Positions 31,348 through 46,300 are shown, counted from the first letter of the stretch. The stretch is DNA of 64,000 nt from Verrucomicrobiota bacterium (GCA_047947115.1 CP170459.1:3136001-3200000), one strand, 5' to 3'. A program made the numbers and translations. The notes: generated by a model not told the origin, from the letters alone.

Positions 31348-34300
31348 ATGATAAAATTGTCTAACACTCGTCCTTTTTTAGGTAGAAGCTATTCGGATGC
31401 TTGCTTGTGGATGGGACTTCTTTTGACGAGTTTCTTCCATGTTACTGGTTTCGCCCAGACTTCAATTACTCAGGGGCATTCCGAAAACCCGGATGCAGCA
31501 GATTTATTAGCCAATATACATTCAGAGGACGATTTGCTCACCTGGCAAAGCGAAGCAATCTTGACCTCAATGACCGACTCTAATAAGCATTTTATAACCT
31601 GTAACTTAGACCTCCATGCGGAAACGAAAGAATCCCAGATGATAACCAAGGCGATTCAAGAAGCAGAAGGAGTTCTCTACGATTTACCGAATCGAAAGGA
31701 TTTTGCGTCTTTGCTCGAAATGGCTTTTGGCAATGCTGGTTCTGAAATTTCGTCTTTCGAAACGCGCTTAGTCATGCTTCAAAGAGAACTAAATGGTAAC
31801 GGGCTCGAGTTGCCATTGGAGTTACGACAGGGTAAGGAAATGGAAGGCATTCTGGCCGCTTACGCAGAATCATCTCCAGATGGCAGTGAGCGGATTTATG
31901 TCAATATGGATTGGGTCTCTCGCTTGCCCTCACCAAGGCAACTGACATCCGTGCTCCTTGAAGAAGCTGGACACGCCATTGATCGGCGTCTCAATGGAGC
32001 ATTTGACTCCAAAGGCGACGAAGGTGCCATTTTTGCAATGCTTTTGAATCAAGAGAATCTCCGAGGACTTGATGCAGATCTGCTGAATGAGAATGATAGC
32101 ATGATTATACAAATTGATGGTGAATCTGTTAATGTCGAATGTGCCAGTGCTGGAGACGTGAGCCTAGTGTTTGTTGATGGATACATTGGGACTATGGGGT
32201 CAAATCCCCAACAGAATAATAACGTCAATAGATTTAGTACACTGGGAATAGACAGAATGGCTTTCTCGCAGAACGATAGCGACGGTGATGGGAACTTTAG
32301 CCTCCAAGGAAATGATATTCAGGGAACACTGACAATCACTGCTGACAATGGCAATAAATACACATTGGCTGCAACAATGGTTTGGTTGGATAAATCCGGA
32401 AATTCTATTGACAATTTTGGAGCGCTATTTGATGACGCATCACAATCGACTCAAACAATTGTCACCAGTAAGGGCAGCCTCACACTTCAGCTTGGAGATG
32501 ATGCAAATCTCGATTCAAACGTTAGTTTAACCGCTTTAACCACGTCAAAAACCTATGCAGATGGAAGTAATATCAGTGGTAGTGCTGACAAGAATAACCT
32601 GCTGAGAGCACTCAATGACTACCTTGGTGACACTGTCCAAGTGAGCACCATCACCACCAGTGACATTACCGAGGGTGATAACCTCGTTTATACGGTTACC
32701 CTGGAAGCTGCTGCTCCCAGCAACGCCTACTACGCTTATATTATCAGCAGCACAGATTCAACGGTAACAAACGCAACTTTTTCAAACGGAGTGACGGTGA
32801 ACACCGCAGACGGTACGATTCTCGTCCCTAATGGAGTCTCCTCATTCACAGTGACTTACAATACGAGTGACGATTCAACCGTGGAATCCACCAAAACGGC
32901 CACCCTGACAGCGGGGAATTTTGCGGCGACTGCCAATATCCTTGATAATGATTCAGCCGCCCCTGAGATCAATGTGCAGGGAGGCACCCCGGCGACGGAC
33001 ATTGCCGACGGGGACACGGTTCCGAGCACGACGGACGACACGGATTTTGGCAATGTGCTGACCGGATCAAGCGATGCACACACCTTCACGATCCAGAACA
33101 CCGGGACCGGTTCATTAACGGTGGCGACGCCGACCTTCAGTGGAACGAACTCAGGAGATTTTTCGATCACGACCGCGCCGACGAGCCCTGTAGCGGCCAG
33201 CGGGAGCACGACCTTTGTGGTGACGTTCACGCCCGGGGGAACGGGAGAGCGCACGGCGACCTTGTCGTTCACCAACTCGGACGGCGATGAGAGCCCTTAC
33301 AACTTTGCGTTGAAGGGGACGGGTGTGACCCCTGAGATCAATGTGCAGGGAGGCACCCCGGCGACGGACATTGCCGACGGGGACACGGTTCCGAGCACGA
33401 CGGACGACACGGATTTTGGCAATGTGCTGACCGGATCAAGCGATGCACACACCTTCACGATCCAGAACACCGGGACCGGTTCATTAACGGTGGCGACGCC
33501 GACCTTCAGTGGAACGAACTCAGGAGATTTTTCGATCACGACCGCGCCGACGAGCCCTGTAGCGGCCAGCGGGAGCACGACCTTTGTGGTGACGTTCACG
33601 CCCGGGGGAACGGGAGAGCGCACGGCGACCTTGTCGTTCACCAACTCGGACGGCGATGAGAGCCCTTACAACTTTGCGTTGAAGGGGACGGGTGTGACCC
33701 CTGAGATCAATGTGCAGGGAGGCACCCCGGCGACGGACATTGCCGACGGGGACACGGTTCCGAGCACGACGGACGACACGGATTTTGGCAATGTGCTGAC
33801 CGGATCAAGCGATGCACACACCTTCACGATCCAGAACACCGGGACCGGTTCATTAACGGTGGCGACGCCGACCTTCAGTGGAACGAACTCAGGAGATTTT
33901 TCGATCACGACCGCGCCGACGAGCCCTGTAGCGGCCAGCGGGAGCACGACCTTTGTGGTGATGTTCACGCCCGGAGGAACAGGAGAGCGCACGGCGACCT
34001 TGTCGTTCACCAACTCGGACGGCGATGAGAGCCCCTACAACTTTGCGTTGAAGGGGACGGGTGTGACCCCTGAGATCAATGTGCAGGGAGGCACCCCGGC
34101 GACGGACATTGCCGACGGGGACACGGTTCCGAGCACGACGGACGACACGGATTTTGGCAATGTGCTGACCGGATCAAGCGATGCACACACCTTCACGATC
34201 CAGGACACCGGGACCGGTTCATTAACGGTGGCGACGCCGACCTTCAGTGGAACGAACTCAGGAGATTTTTCGATCACGACCGCGCCGACGAGCCCTGTAG

Positions 34301-37300
34301 CGGCCAGCGGGAGCACGACCTTTGTGGTGACGTTCACGCCCGGGGGAACGGGAGAGCGCACGGCGACCTTGTCGTTCACCAACTCGGACGGCGATGAGAG
34401 CCCTTACAACTTTGCGTTGAAGGGGACGGGTGTGACCCCTGAGATCAATGTGCAGGGAGGCACCCCGGCGACGGACATTGCCGACGGGGACACGGTTCCG
34501 AGCACGACGGACGACACGGATTTTGGCAATGTGCTGACCGGATCAAGCGATGCACACACCTTCACGATCCAGAACACCGGGACCGGTTCATTAACGGTGG
34601 CGACGCCGACCTTCAGTGGAACGAACTCAGGAGATTTTTCGATCACGACCGCGCCGACGAGCCCTGTAGCGGCCAGCGGGAGCACGACCTTTGTGGTGAC
34701 GTTCACGCCCGGGGGAACGGGAGAGCGCACGGCGACCTTGTCGTTCACCAACTCGGACGGCGATGAGAGCCCTTACAACTTTGCGTTGAAGGGGACGGGT
34801 GTGACCCCTGAGATCAATGTGCAGGGAGGCACCCCGGCGACGGACATTGCCGACGGGGACACGGTTCCGAGCACGACGGACGACACGGATTTTGGCAATG
34901 TGCTGACCGGATCAAGCGATGCACACACCTTCACGATCCAGAACACCGGGACCGGTTCATTAACGGTGGCGACGCCGACCTTCAGTGGAACGAACTCAGG
35001 AGATTTTTCGATCACGACCGCGCCGACGAGCCCTGTAGCGGCCAGCGGGAGCACGACCTTTGTGGTGACGTTCACGCCCGGGGGAACGGGAGAGCGCACG
35101 GCGACCTTGTCGTTCACCAACTCGGACGGCGATGAGAGCCCTTACAACTTTGCGTTGAAGGGGACGGGTGTGACCCCTGAGATCAATGTGCAGGGAGGCA
35201 CCCCGGCGACGGACATTGCCGACGGGGACACGGTTCCGAGCACGACGGACGACACGGATTTTGGCAATGTGCTGACCGGATCAAGCGATGCACACACCTT
35301 CACGATCCAGAACACCGGGACCGGTTCATTAACGGTGGCGACGCCGACCTTCAGTGGAACGAACTCAGGAGATTTTTCGATCACGACCGCGCCGACGAGC
35401 CCTGTAGCGGCCAGCGGGAGCACGACCTTTGTGGTGACGTTCACGCCCGGGGGAACGGGAGAGCGCACGGCGACCTTGTCGTTCACCAACTCGGACGGCG
35501 ATGAGAGCCCTTACAACTTTGCGTTGAAGGGGACGGGTGTGACCCCTGAGATCAATGTGCAGGGAGGCACCCCGGCGACGGACATTGCCGACGGGGACAC
35601 GGTTCCGAGCACGACGGACGACACGGATTTTGGCAATGTGCTGACCGGATCAAGCGATGCACACACCTTCACGATCCAGAACACCGGGACCGGTTCATTA
35701 ACGGTGGCGACGCCGACCTTCAGTGGAACGAACTCAGGAGATTTTTCGATCACGACCGCGCCGACGAGCCCTGTAGCGGCCAGCGGGAGCACGACCTTTG
35801 TGGTGACGTTCACGCCCGGGGGAACGGGAGAGCGCACGGCGACCTTGTCGTTCACCAACTCGGACGGCGATGAGAGCCCTTACAACTTTGCGTTGAAGGG
35901 GACGGGTGTGACCCCTGAGATCAATGTGCAGGGAGGCACCCCGGCGACGGACATTGCCGACGGGGACACGGTTCCGAGCACGACGGACGACACGGATTTT
36001 GGCAATGTGCTGACCGGATCAAGCGATGCACACACCTTCACGATCCAGAACACCGGGACCGGTTCATTAACGGTGGCGACGCCGACCTTCAGTGGAACGA
36101 ACTCAGGAGATTTTTCGATCACGACCGCGCCGACGAGCCCTGTAGCGGCCAGCGGGAGCACGACCTTTGTGGTGACGTTCACGCCCGGGGGAACGGGAGA
36201 GCGCACGGCGACCTTGTCGTTCACCAACTCGGACGGCGATGAGAGCCCTTACAACTTTGCGTTGAAGGGGACGGGTGTGACCCCTGAGATCAATGTGCAG
36301 GGAGGCACCCCGGCGACGGACATTGCCGACGGGGACACGGTTCCGAGCACGACGGACGACACGGATTTTGGCAATGTGCTGACCGGATCAAGCGATGCAC
36401 ACACCTTCACGATCCAGAACACCGGGACCGGTTCATTAACGGTGGCGACGCCGACCTTCAGTGGAACGAACTCAGGAGATTTTTCGATCACGACCGCGCC
36501 GACGAGCCCTGTAGCGGCCAGCGGGAGCACGACCTTTGTGGTGATGTTCACGCCCGGAGGAACAGGAGAGCGCACGGCGACCTTGTCGTTCACCAACTCG
36601 GACGGCGATGAGAGCCCCTACAACTTTGCGTTGAAGGGGACGGGTGTGACCCCTGAGATCAATGTGCAGGGAGGCACCCCGGCGACGGACATTGCCGACG
36701 GGGACACGGTTCCGAGCACGACGGACGACACGGATTTTGGCAATGTGCTGACCGGATCAAGCGATGCACACACCTTCACGATCCAGAACACCGGGACCGG
36801 TTCATTAACGGTGGCGACGCCGACCTTCAGTGGAACGAACTCAGGAGATTTTTCGATCACGACCGCGCCGACGAGCCCTGTAGCGGCCAGCGGGAGCACG
36901 ACCTTTGTGGTGACGTTCACGCCCGGGGGAACGGGAGAGCGCACGGCGACCTTGTCGTTCACCAACTCGGACGGCGATGAGAGCCCTTACAACTTTGCGT
37001 TGAAGGGGACGGGTGTGACCCCTGAGATCAATGTGCAGGGAGGCACCCCGGCGACGGACATTGCCGACGGGGACACGGTTCCGAGCACGACGGACGACAC
37101 GGATTTTGGCAATGTGCTGACCGGATCAAGCGATGCACACACCTTCACGATCCAGAACACCGGGACCGGTTCATTAACGGTGGCGACGCCGACCTTCAGT
37201 GGAACGAACTCAGGAGATTTTTCGATCACGACCGCGCCGACGAGCCCTGTAGCGGCCAGCGGGAGCACGACCTTTGTGGTGACGTTCACGCCCGGGGGAA

Positions 37301-40300
37301 CGGGAGAGCGCACGGCGACCTTGTCGTTCACCAACTCGGACGGCGATGAGAGCCCTTACAACTTTGCGTTGAAGGGGACGGGTGTGACCCCTGAGATCAA
37401 TGTGCAGGGAGGCACCCCGGCGACGGACATTGCCGACGGGGACACGGTTCCGAGCACGACGGACGACACGGATTTTGGCAATGTGCTGACCGGATCAAGC
37501 GATGCACACACCTTCACGATCCAGAACACCGGGACCGGTTCATTAACGGTGGCGACGCCGACCTTCAGTGGAACGAACTCAGGAGATTTTTCGATCACGA
37601 CCGCGCCGACGAGCCCTGTAGCGGCCAGCGGGAGCACGACCTTTGTGGTGACGTTCACGCCCGGGGGAACGGGAGAGCGCACGGCGACCTTGTCGTTCAC
37701 CAACTCGGACGGCGATGAGAGCCCTTACAACTTTGCGTTGAAGGGGACGGGTGTGACCCCTGAGATCAATGTGCAGGGAGGCACCCCGGCGACGGACATT
37801 GCCGACGGGGACACGGTTCCGAGCACGACGGACGACACGGATTTTGGCAATGTGCTGACCGGATCAAGCGATGCACACACCTTCACGATCCAGAACACCG
37901 GGACCGGTTCATTAACGGTGGCGACGCCGACCTTCAGTGGAACGAACTCAGGAGATTTTTCGATCACGACCGCGCCGACGAGCCCTGTAGCGGCCAGCGG
38001 GAGCACGACCTTTGTGGTGACGTTCACGCCCGGGGGAACGGGAGAGCGCACGGCGACCTTGTCGTTCACCAACTCGGACGGCGATGAGAGCCCTTACAAC
38101 TTTGCGTTGAAGGGGACGGGTGTGACCCCTGAGATCAATGTGCAGGGAGGCACCCCGGCGACGGACATTGCCGACGGGGACACGGTTCCGAGCACGACGG
38201 ACGACACGGATTTTGGCAATGTGCTGACCGGATCAAGCGATGCACACACCTTCACGATCCAGAACACCGGGACCGGTTCATTAACGGTGGCGACGCCGAC
38301 CTTCAGTGGAACGAACTCAGGAGATTTTTCGATCACGACCGCGCCGACGAGCCCTGTAGCGGCCAGCGGGAGCACGACCTTTGTGGTGACGTTCACGCCC
38401 GGGGGAACGGGAGAGCGCACGGCGACCTTGTCGTTCACCAACTCGGACGGCGATGAGAGCCCTTACAACTTTGCGTTGAAGGGGACGGGTGTGACCCCTG
38501 AGATCAATGTGCAGGGAGGCACCCCGGCGACGGACATTGCCGACGGGGACACGGTTCCGAGCACGACGGACGACACGGATTTTGGCAATGTGCTGACCGG
38601 ATCAAGCGATGCACACACCTTCACGATCCAGAACACCGGGACCGGTTCATTAACGGTGGCGACGCCGACCTTCAGTGGAACGAACTCAGGAGATTTTTCG
38701 ATCACGACCGCGCCGACGAGCCCTGTAGCGGCCAGCGGGAGCACGACCTTTGTGGTGATGTTCACGCCCGGAGGAACAGGAGAGCGCACGGCGACCTTGT
38801 CGTTCACCAACTCGGACGGCGATGAGAGCCCCTACAACTTTGCGTTGAAGGGGACGGGTGTGACCCCTGAGATCAATGTGCAGGGAGGCACCCCGGCGAC
38901 GGACATTGCCGACGGGGACACGGTTCCGAGCACGACGGACGACACGGATTTTGGCAATGTGCTGACCGGATCAAGCGATGCACACACCTTCACGATCCAG
39001 AACACCGGGACCGGTTCATTAACGGTGGCGACGCCGACCTTCAGTGGAACGAACTCAGGAGATTTTTCGATCACGACCGCGCCGACGAGCCCTGTAGCGG
39101 CCAGCGGGAGCACGACCTTTGTGGTGACGTTCACGCCCGGGGGAACGGGAGAGCGCACGGCGACCTTGTCGTTCACCAACTCGGACGGCGATGAGAGCCC
39201 TTACAACTTTGCGTTGAAGGGGACGGGTGTGACCCCTGAGATCAATGTGCAGGGAGGCACCCCGGCGACGGACATTGCCGACGGGGACACGGTTCCGAGC
39301 ACGACGGACGACACGGATTTTGGCAATGTGCTGACCGGATCAAGCGATGCACACACCTTCACGATCCAGAACACCGGGACCGGTTCATTAACGGTGGCGA
39401 CGCCGACCTTCAGTGGAACGAACTCAGGAGATTTTTCGATCACGACCGCGCCGACGAGCCCTGTAGCGGCCAGCGGGAGCACGACCTTTGTGGTGATGTT
39501 CACGCCCGGAGGAACAGGAGAGCGCACGGCGACCTTGTCGTTCACCAACTCGGACGGCGATGAGAGCCCCTACAACTTTGCGTTGAAGGGGACGGGTGTG
39601 ACCCCTGAGATCAATGTGCAGGGAGGCACCCCGGCGACGGACATTGCCGACGGGGACACGGTTCCGAGCACGACGGACGACACGGATTTTGGCAATGTGC
39701 TGACCGGATCAAGCGATGCACACACCTTCACGATCCAGAACGCCGGGACCGGTTCATTAACGGTGGCGACGCCGACCTTCAGTGGAACGAACTCAGGAGA
39801 TTTTTCGATCACGACCGCGCCGACGAGCCCTGTAGCGGCCAGCGGGAGCACGACCTTTGTGGTGACGTTCACGCCCGGGGGAACGGGAGAGCGCACGGCG
39901 ACCTTGTCGTTCACCAACTCGGACGGCGATGAGAGCCCTTACAACTTTGCGTTGAAGGGGACGGGTGTGACCCCTGAGATCAACCTGGTGGGCAACAGTA
40001 ACAACATTGCTGATGACACAGGTCATACGCCATCAACCACGGATGATACCGATTTTGGAAATGTAGACACAGTGGCCGGAACGGACGTCAACACCTTTAC
40101 GATCGAAAACACGGGAACCGGAACCTTGACCGTGGGCACGATCACGATCAGTGGTGCCAACGCCGCGGACTTTACCGCCGGCACCCCAACGAGCACGAGC
40201 ATTGCAGCTGGCGGAACAGCCACTTTTACTCTGACGTTTAATCCGAGTGCTGACGGCGAACGCACGGCGAGCATCTCAATTACCAGTGATGACGGAGACG

Positions 40301-43300
40301 AGAACCCATACAACTTCAATCTGAAGGGAACAGGGACTTCACCAGAGATCAACCTGGTCGGTAACAGCAACAACATCGCCGATGACACCGGTCATACGCC
40401 ATCGACGACCGATGATACCGATTTTGGCGATGTGGATACGGCAGCTGGAACGGACGTCAACACCTTCACGATTCAGAACACCGGGACGGGAACTTTGACT
40501 GTGGGAACCATCACGATCAGTGGGACCAACGCAGCGGACTTTACAGCCGGCACACCAACAAGCACGAGCATTGCTGCTGGAGGCACGGCGACCTTTACCT
40601 TGACCTTCAACCCAAGTGGTGACGGCGAACGCACGGCAAGTATTGCGATCGCCAGTGATGATGGAGATGAAAATCTATATAACTTCAATCTGAAGGGAAC
40701 AGGGACTTCACCAGAGATCAACCTGGTGGGTAACAGCAATAATATTGCAGACGATACTGGTCACACGCCATCGACTACGGATGACACCGACTTTGGGAAC
40801 GTTGATACGGCTTCTGGTACTGATGTGAATACGTTTACGATCCAGAACACTGGCACAGGCACGTTGACCGTAGGAACAATTACGATTAGTGGCACCAACG
40901 CCTCGGACTTTACCGCCGGCACCCCAACGAGCACGAGTATTGCAGCTGGCGGAACAGCCACGTTTACTCTGACGTTTAATCCGAGTGCTGACGGCGAACG
41001 CACGGCGAGCATCTCAATTGCCAGTGATGACGGAGACGAGAACCCATACAACTTCAATCTGAAGGGAACAGGAACTTCACCTGAAATCAACCTGGTGGGT
41101 AACAGCAACAACATCGCCGATGACACCGGTCATACGCCATCGACGACCGATGATACCGATTTTGGCGATGTGGATACGGCAGCTGGAACGGACGTCAACA
41201 CCTTCACGATTCAGAACACCGGGACGGGAACTTTGACTGTGGGAACCATCACGATCAGTGGGACCAACGCAGCGGACTTTACAGCCGGCACACCAACAAG
41301 CACGAGCATTGCTGCTGGAGGCACGGCGACCTTTACCTTGACCTTCAACCCAAGTGGTGACGGCGAACGCACGGCAAGTATTGCGATCGCCAGTGATGAT
41401 GGCGACGAGAACCCGTACAACTTCAACCTGAAAGGAACGGGGACTTCACCTGAGATCAACCTGGTGGGTAACAGCAACAACATTGCTGATGACACAGGTC
41501 ACACGCCATCGACGACCGATGATACCGATTTTGGCAATGTGGACACGGCAGCTGGAACGGACGTCAACACCTTCACGATTCAGAACACCGGGACGGGAAC
41601 TTTGACTGTGGGAACCATCACGATCAGTGGAACCAACGCAGCGGACTTTACAGCCGGCACACCAACAAGCACGAGTATTGCAGCTGGCGGAACAGCAACG
41701 TTTACTCTGACGTTTAATCCGAGTGCTGACGGCGAACGCACGGCGAACATCTCAATTGCCAGTGATGACGGAGACGAGAACCCATACAACTTCAACCTGA
41801 AGGGAACAGGAACTTCACCTGAGATCAACCTGGTGGGTAACAGCAACAACATCGCCGATGACACCGGTCATACGCCATCGACGACCGATGATACCGATTT
41901 TGGCGATGTGGATACGGCATCTGGAACGGACGTCAACACCTTTACGATTCAGAACACCGGGACGGGAACTTTGACTGTGGGAACCATCACGATCAGTGGA
42001 ACCAACGCAGCGGACTTTACAGCCGGCACCCCAACAAGCACGAGTATTGCAGCTGGCGGAACAGCAACGTTTACTCTGACGTTTAATCCGAGTGCTGACG
42101 GCGAACGCACGGCGAGCATCTCAATTGCCAGTGATGACGGAGACGAGAACCCATACAACTTCAACCTGAAGGGAACAGGAACTTCACCTGAAATCAACCT
42201 GGTGGGTAACAGCAACAACATCGCCGATGACACCGGTCATACGCCATCGACGACCGATGATACCGATTTTGGCAATGTGGACACGGCAGCTGGAACGGAC
42301 GTCAACACCTTCACGATTCAGAACACCGGGACGGGAACTTTGACCGTGGGAACCATCACGATCAGTGGAACCAACGCAGCGGACTTTACAGCCGACACCC
42401 CAACAAGCACGAGCATTGCTGCTGGAGGCACGGCGACCTTTACCTTGACCTTCAACCCAAGTGGTGACGGCAAACGCACGGCAAGTATTGCGATCGCCAG
42501 TGATGATGGAGATGAAAATCCATATAACTTCAATCTGAAGGGAACAGGGACTTCACCAGAGATCAACCTGGTGGGTAACAGCAATAATATTGCAGACGAT
42601 ACTGGTCACACGCCATCGACTACGGATGACACCGACTTCGGGAACGTTGATACGGCTTCTGGCACGGATGTTAATACGTTTACGATCCAGAACACTGGCA
42701 CAGGCACGTTGACCGTAGGAACAATTGCGATTAGTGGCACCAACGCCTCGGACTTTAGTGCCGGTACCCCAACGAGCACGAGCATCGCAGCAGGCGGCAC
42801 GGCCACCTTTACACTGACCTTCAATCCAAGTGGTGACGGCGAACGCACGGCAAGTATTGCGATTGCCAGTGATGATGGAGATGAAAACCCTTACAACTTC
42901 AATCTGAAGGGAACAGGGACTTCTCCAGAAATTAATGTCCAAGGAAATGCCATCAATATCGTTGATGGTGATACAAGTCCAAATACAAATGACAATACGG
43001 ACTTTGGTAATGTATTGACAGGTTCCAGTGATGCCCATTCCTTTACCATCCTAAACGTTGGATCAGGTGATTTAACGGTGGCGACCCCTACGTTCAGCGG
43101 GACTCATGCCACAGATTTTTCCATTACAACCACACCGAGTAGTCCTGTTGGGGCTTCTTCGAATACCTCGTTTGTGGTGACGTTTACTCCAGGAGGTACT
43201 GGAGTGCGCACAGCAACATTGTCGTTTACGAATTCCGATGGTGATGAGAATCCTTATAACTTTGATCTTCAGGGAACTGGGGTAACCCCTGAAATCAATG

Positions 43301-46300
43301 TCCAAGGTAATTCCATCGACATTGTGGATGGTGATACATCGCCATCAACAGCTGACGATACGGATTTTGGTGATGTGCTGACTGGTTCGAGTGATGCTCA
43401 TACGTTTACCGTTCAGAATACCGGGACCGGCACCCTGACGGTGGTGACTCCTACCTTCAGTGGTACCCATGCTGCAGATTTTTCAATCACCACGGTTCCA
43501 AGTAGTCCAGTCGCTGCAAGTAGCGATACGACTTTTGTAGTGACCTTTACCCCCGGAGGAACCGGGACGCGCACAGCTTCGTTGTCCTTCACCAATTCTG
43601 ATGGAGATGAAAGTCCCTACGATTTTGATTTACAGGGAACAGGGGTGGTTCCGGAAATGAACGTTCAAGGAAACGGGACGGATATCGCTTCGGGTGATAC
43701 AACTCCGGCAACTTCAGATGATACTGATTTCGGAAGCGTGAATGTCAGCGGAGCAACTCAGCCCAAAACGTTCACCATTCAAAATACCGGCACAGGTATG
43801 TTGAGTATAACGGGGACACCTCTGGTAGATATCACAGGCGCTGACAAGTCACATTTTTCGGTGACAACCGATCCTTCCAACAGTGTGGTAGCAAGCGCCG
43901 ATACAACCTTTGTCGTGACTTTTGATCCGAGTTCATCCGGAACGAAAACGGCAACTATATCTATAGCGAACAGTGACTCTGACGAGAATCCCTATACTTT
44001 CACTATACAAGGTTATGGTGATGAGGCCCCGGATGCCGTCAATGACACCTATGCTACAAATGAGGATGTTGCTTTAACAGTGGCTGCAAGTGGTGTGTTG
44101 GCCAACGATAATGTCGGAGGCAATGGTGCACCCGTGGGTGGCATGGCAGCCACCAAGGTTACTGATCCTGCCAATGGTTCACTTACCTTGAACAGTGACG
44201 GAAGTTTTACATATACTCCTGCAAGCAATTATAATGGAGCGGATAGCTTTACTTATTCCATTACTGATAGTGATGGAGATTCCGACACAGCCACCGTTTC
44301 CATTACCGTAAACGGAGTCAATGATACTCCTGTTGCCACGAATGACGCTTATTCTGTTGATGAAGATACCAGTTTGACCGTCAGTGCAGCCGGTGTGTTG
44401 AGCAATGATAGTATCGGGGGAGATGGGGGAACTCTTGCTGCAACAAAGGAAACAGATCCTTCCAACGGTAGCGTGACACTCAACACTGATGGAAGCTTGG
44501 TTTATACGCCTACAGCCAATTTTAATGGGACAGATTCCTTCACTTACAGCATTGTTGATTCGGATGGTAGTAAAGCAATTGCCACTGTAACGATCACAGT
44601 CAATCCGATTGATGACAATCCTAGTGCAGTGGATGATACCTATGCGGTCAACGAAGACACGACGTTGACGGTTCCGGTTGCCACGGGTGTGCTTGACAAT
44701 GATAACATTGGAGGCGATGGCGGAACATTGGAGTCTGTGAAGATCACGGATCCAGGTAACGGCACGTTGACATTGAATACGGATGGAAGTTTTACCTATA
44801 TCCCAACAGCCAACTTCAACGGAACTGATACTTTTACATATCAGATCGAAGATGCCGATGGTGATACGGATGACGCGACTGTTACCATCACAGTCAACTC
44901 GGTGGACGATAATCCTGATGCCGTCAATGACACGTATGCCGTAAATGAAGACAATACCTTGACCGTTCCTGCTGGCACCGGAGTGTTGAACAACGATGAC
45001 ATTGGCGGAGATGGTGGGACTTTGAAATCGGTGAAGATCACCGATCCGACCAATGGCACCTTGATCCTGAACAGCGACGGCAGCCTGGCCTACACACCAA
45101 ACGCCAACTTCAACGGCACTGATACCTTTACATATTCGATCGTGGATGCGGACGGAGATACGGATGCCGCAACGGTGACAGTGACGGTGAACTCGGTTGA
45201 TGATAATCCCGATGCAGTGGACGACACCTATGCGGTGAATGAAGATAACACGTTAACGGTTGCCGTCGGCAACGGGGTTTTGAACAACGACAATATCGGT
45301 GGAGACGGCGGAACCTTGGTTGCCACGAAATTAAGTGATCCAAGCAATGGAACATTGATCTTAAACAGTGATGGCAGTCTGACCTACACGCCGAACGCCA
45401 ACTTCAACGGCACCGATACCTTTACATATTCGATCGTGGATGCGGACGGAGATACGGATACTGCAACGGTGACGGTGACGGTGAACTCTGTGGATGATGG
45501 GCCGGATGCCGTGGATGATACCTATGCGGTGGACGAAGACAATACGTTGACGGTTGCCGTCGGCACCGGGGTTTTGAACAACGACAATATCGGTGGAGAT
45601 GGCGGAACCTTGGCTGCCACAAAATCAAGTGATCCGAGCAATGGCACATTGATCCTGAACAGTGATGGCAGTCTGACCTACACGCCGAACGCCAACTTCA
45701 ACGGCACCGATGCCTTTACATATTCGATCGTGGATGTGGATGGAGATACGGATAACGCAACGGTGACCGTGACTGTCAACTCGGTTGATGATGGTCCTGA
45801 CGCGGTGGATGACCTTTATGTCATTGATGAAGATACACCATTGATCGTTCCAGCGGAGACGGGTGTTTTGAACAATGATACACTGGGAGGAGATGGGGGG
45901 GTGTTGGTCGTGGCCAGTAATACACCGCCGTCAAACGGTATACTGAGCATCAACCCGGACGGAAATTCCAGTCTGCCTAGACGCGTCATTCGTCAAGCCG
46001 TCACAGAATTGACCATTAACGTTGACGGAAGTTTTAGCTACATTCCCAATCCAGATTTTAACGGAACGGATAGTTTTACCTACACCATCACCGATGCCAA
46101 CGGCACCACGGACACGGCGACGGTCGTGATTAATGTCAACGCAGTGGATGACCAACCCGCCGCTTTGGATGATACTTATGCTGTGAACGAAGATGGCACA
46201 TTGACCGTCCCGGTAGGAACGGGAGTGCTGAACAACGACAACATAGGAGGAGATGGTGGAACCCTGACAGTGACCGGTAGCACCCAACCATCCAATGGTT

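Noticed and set aside
32962..42924. Tandem array as a CRISPR or non-coding satellite
   Set aside because: Units are 369 bp, in frame, have no unique spacers, and no cas genes are present.
32856..43595. Series of repeated 80-160-aa minus-strand ORFs
   Set aside because: Antisense shadows of the coding repeats in the giant gene.
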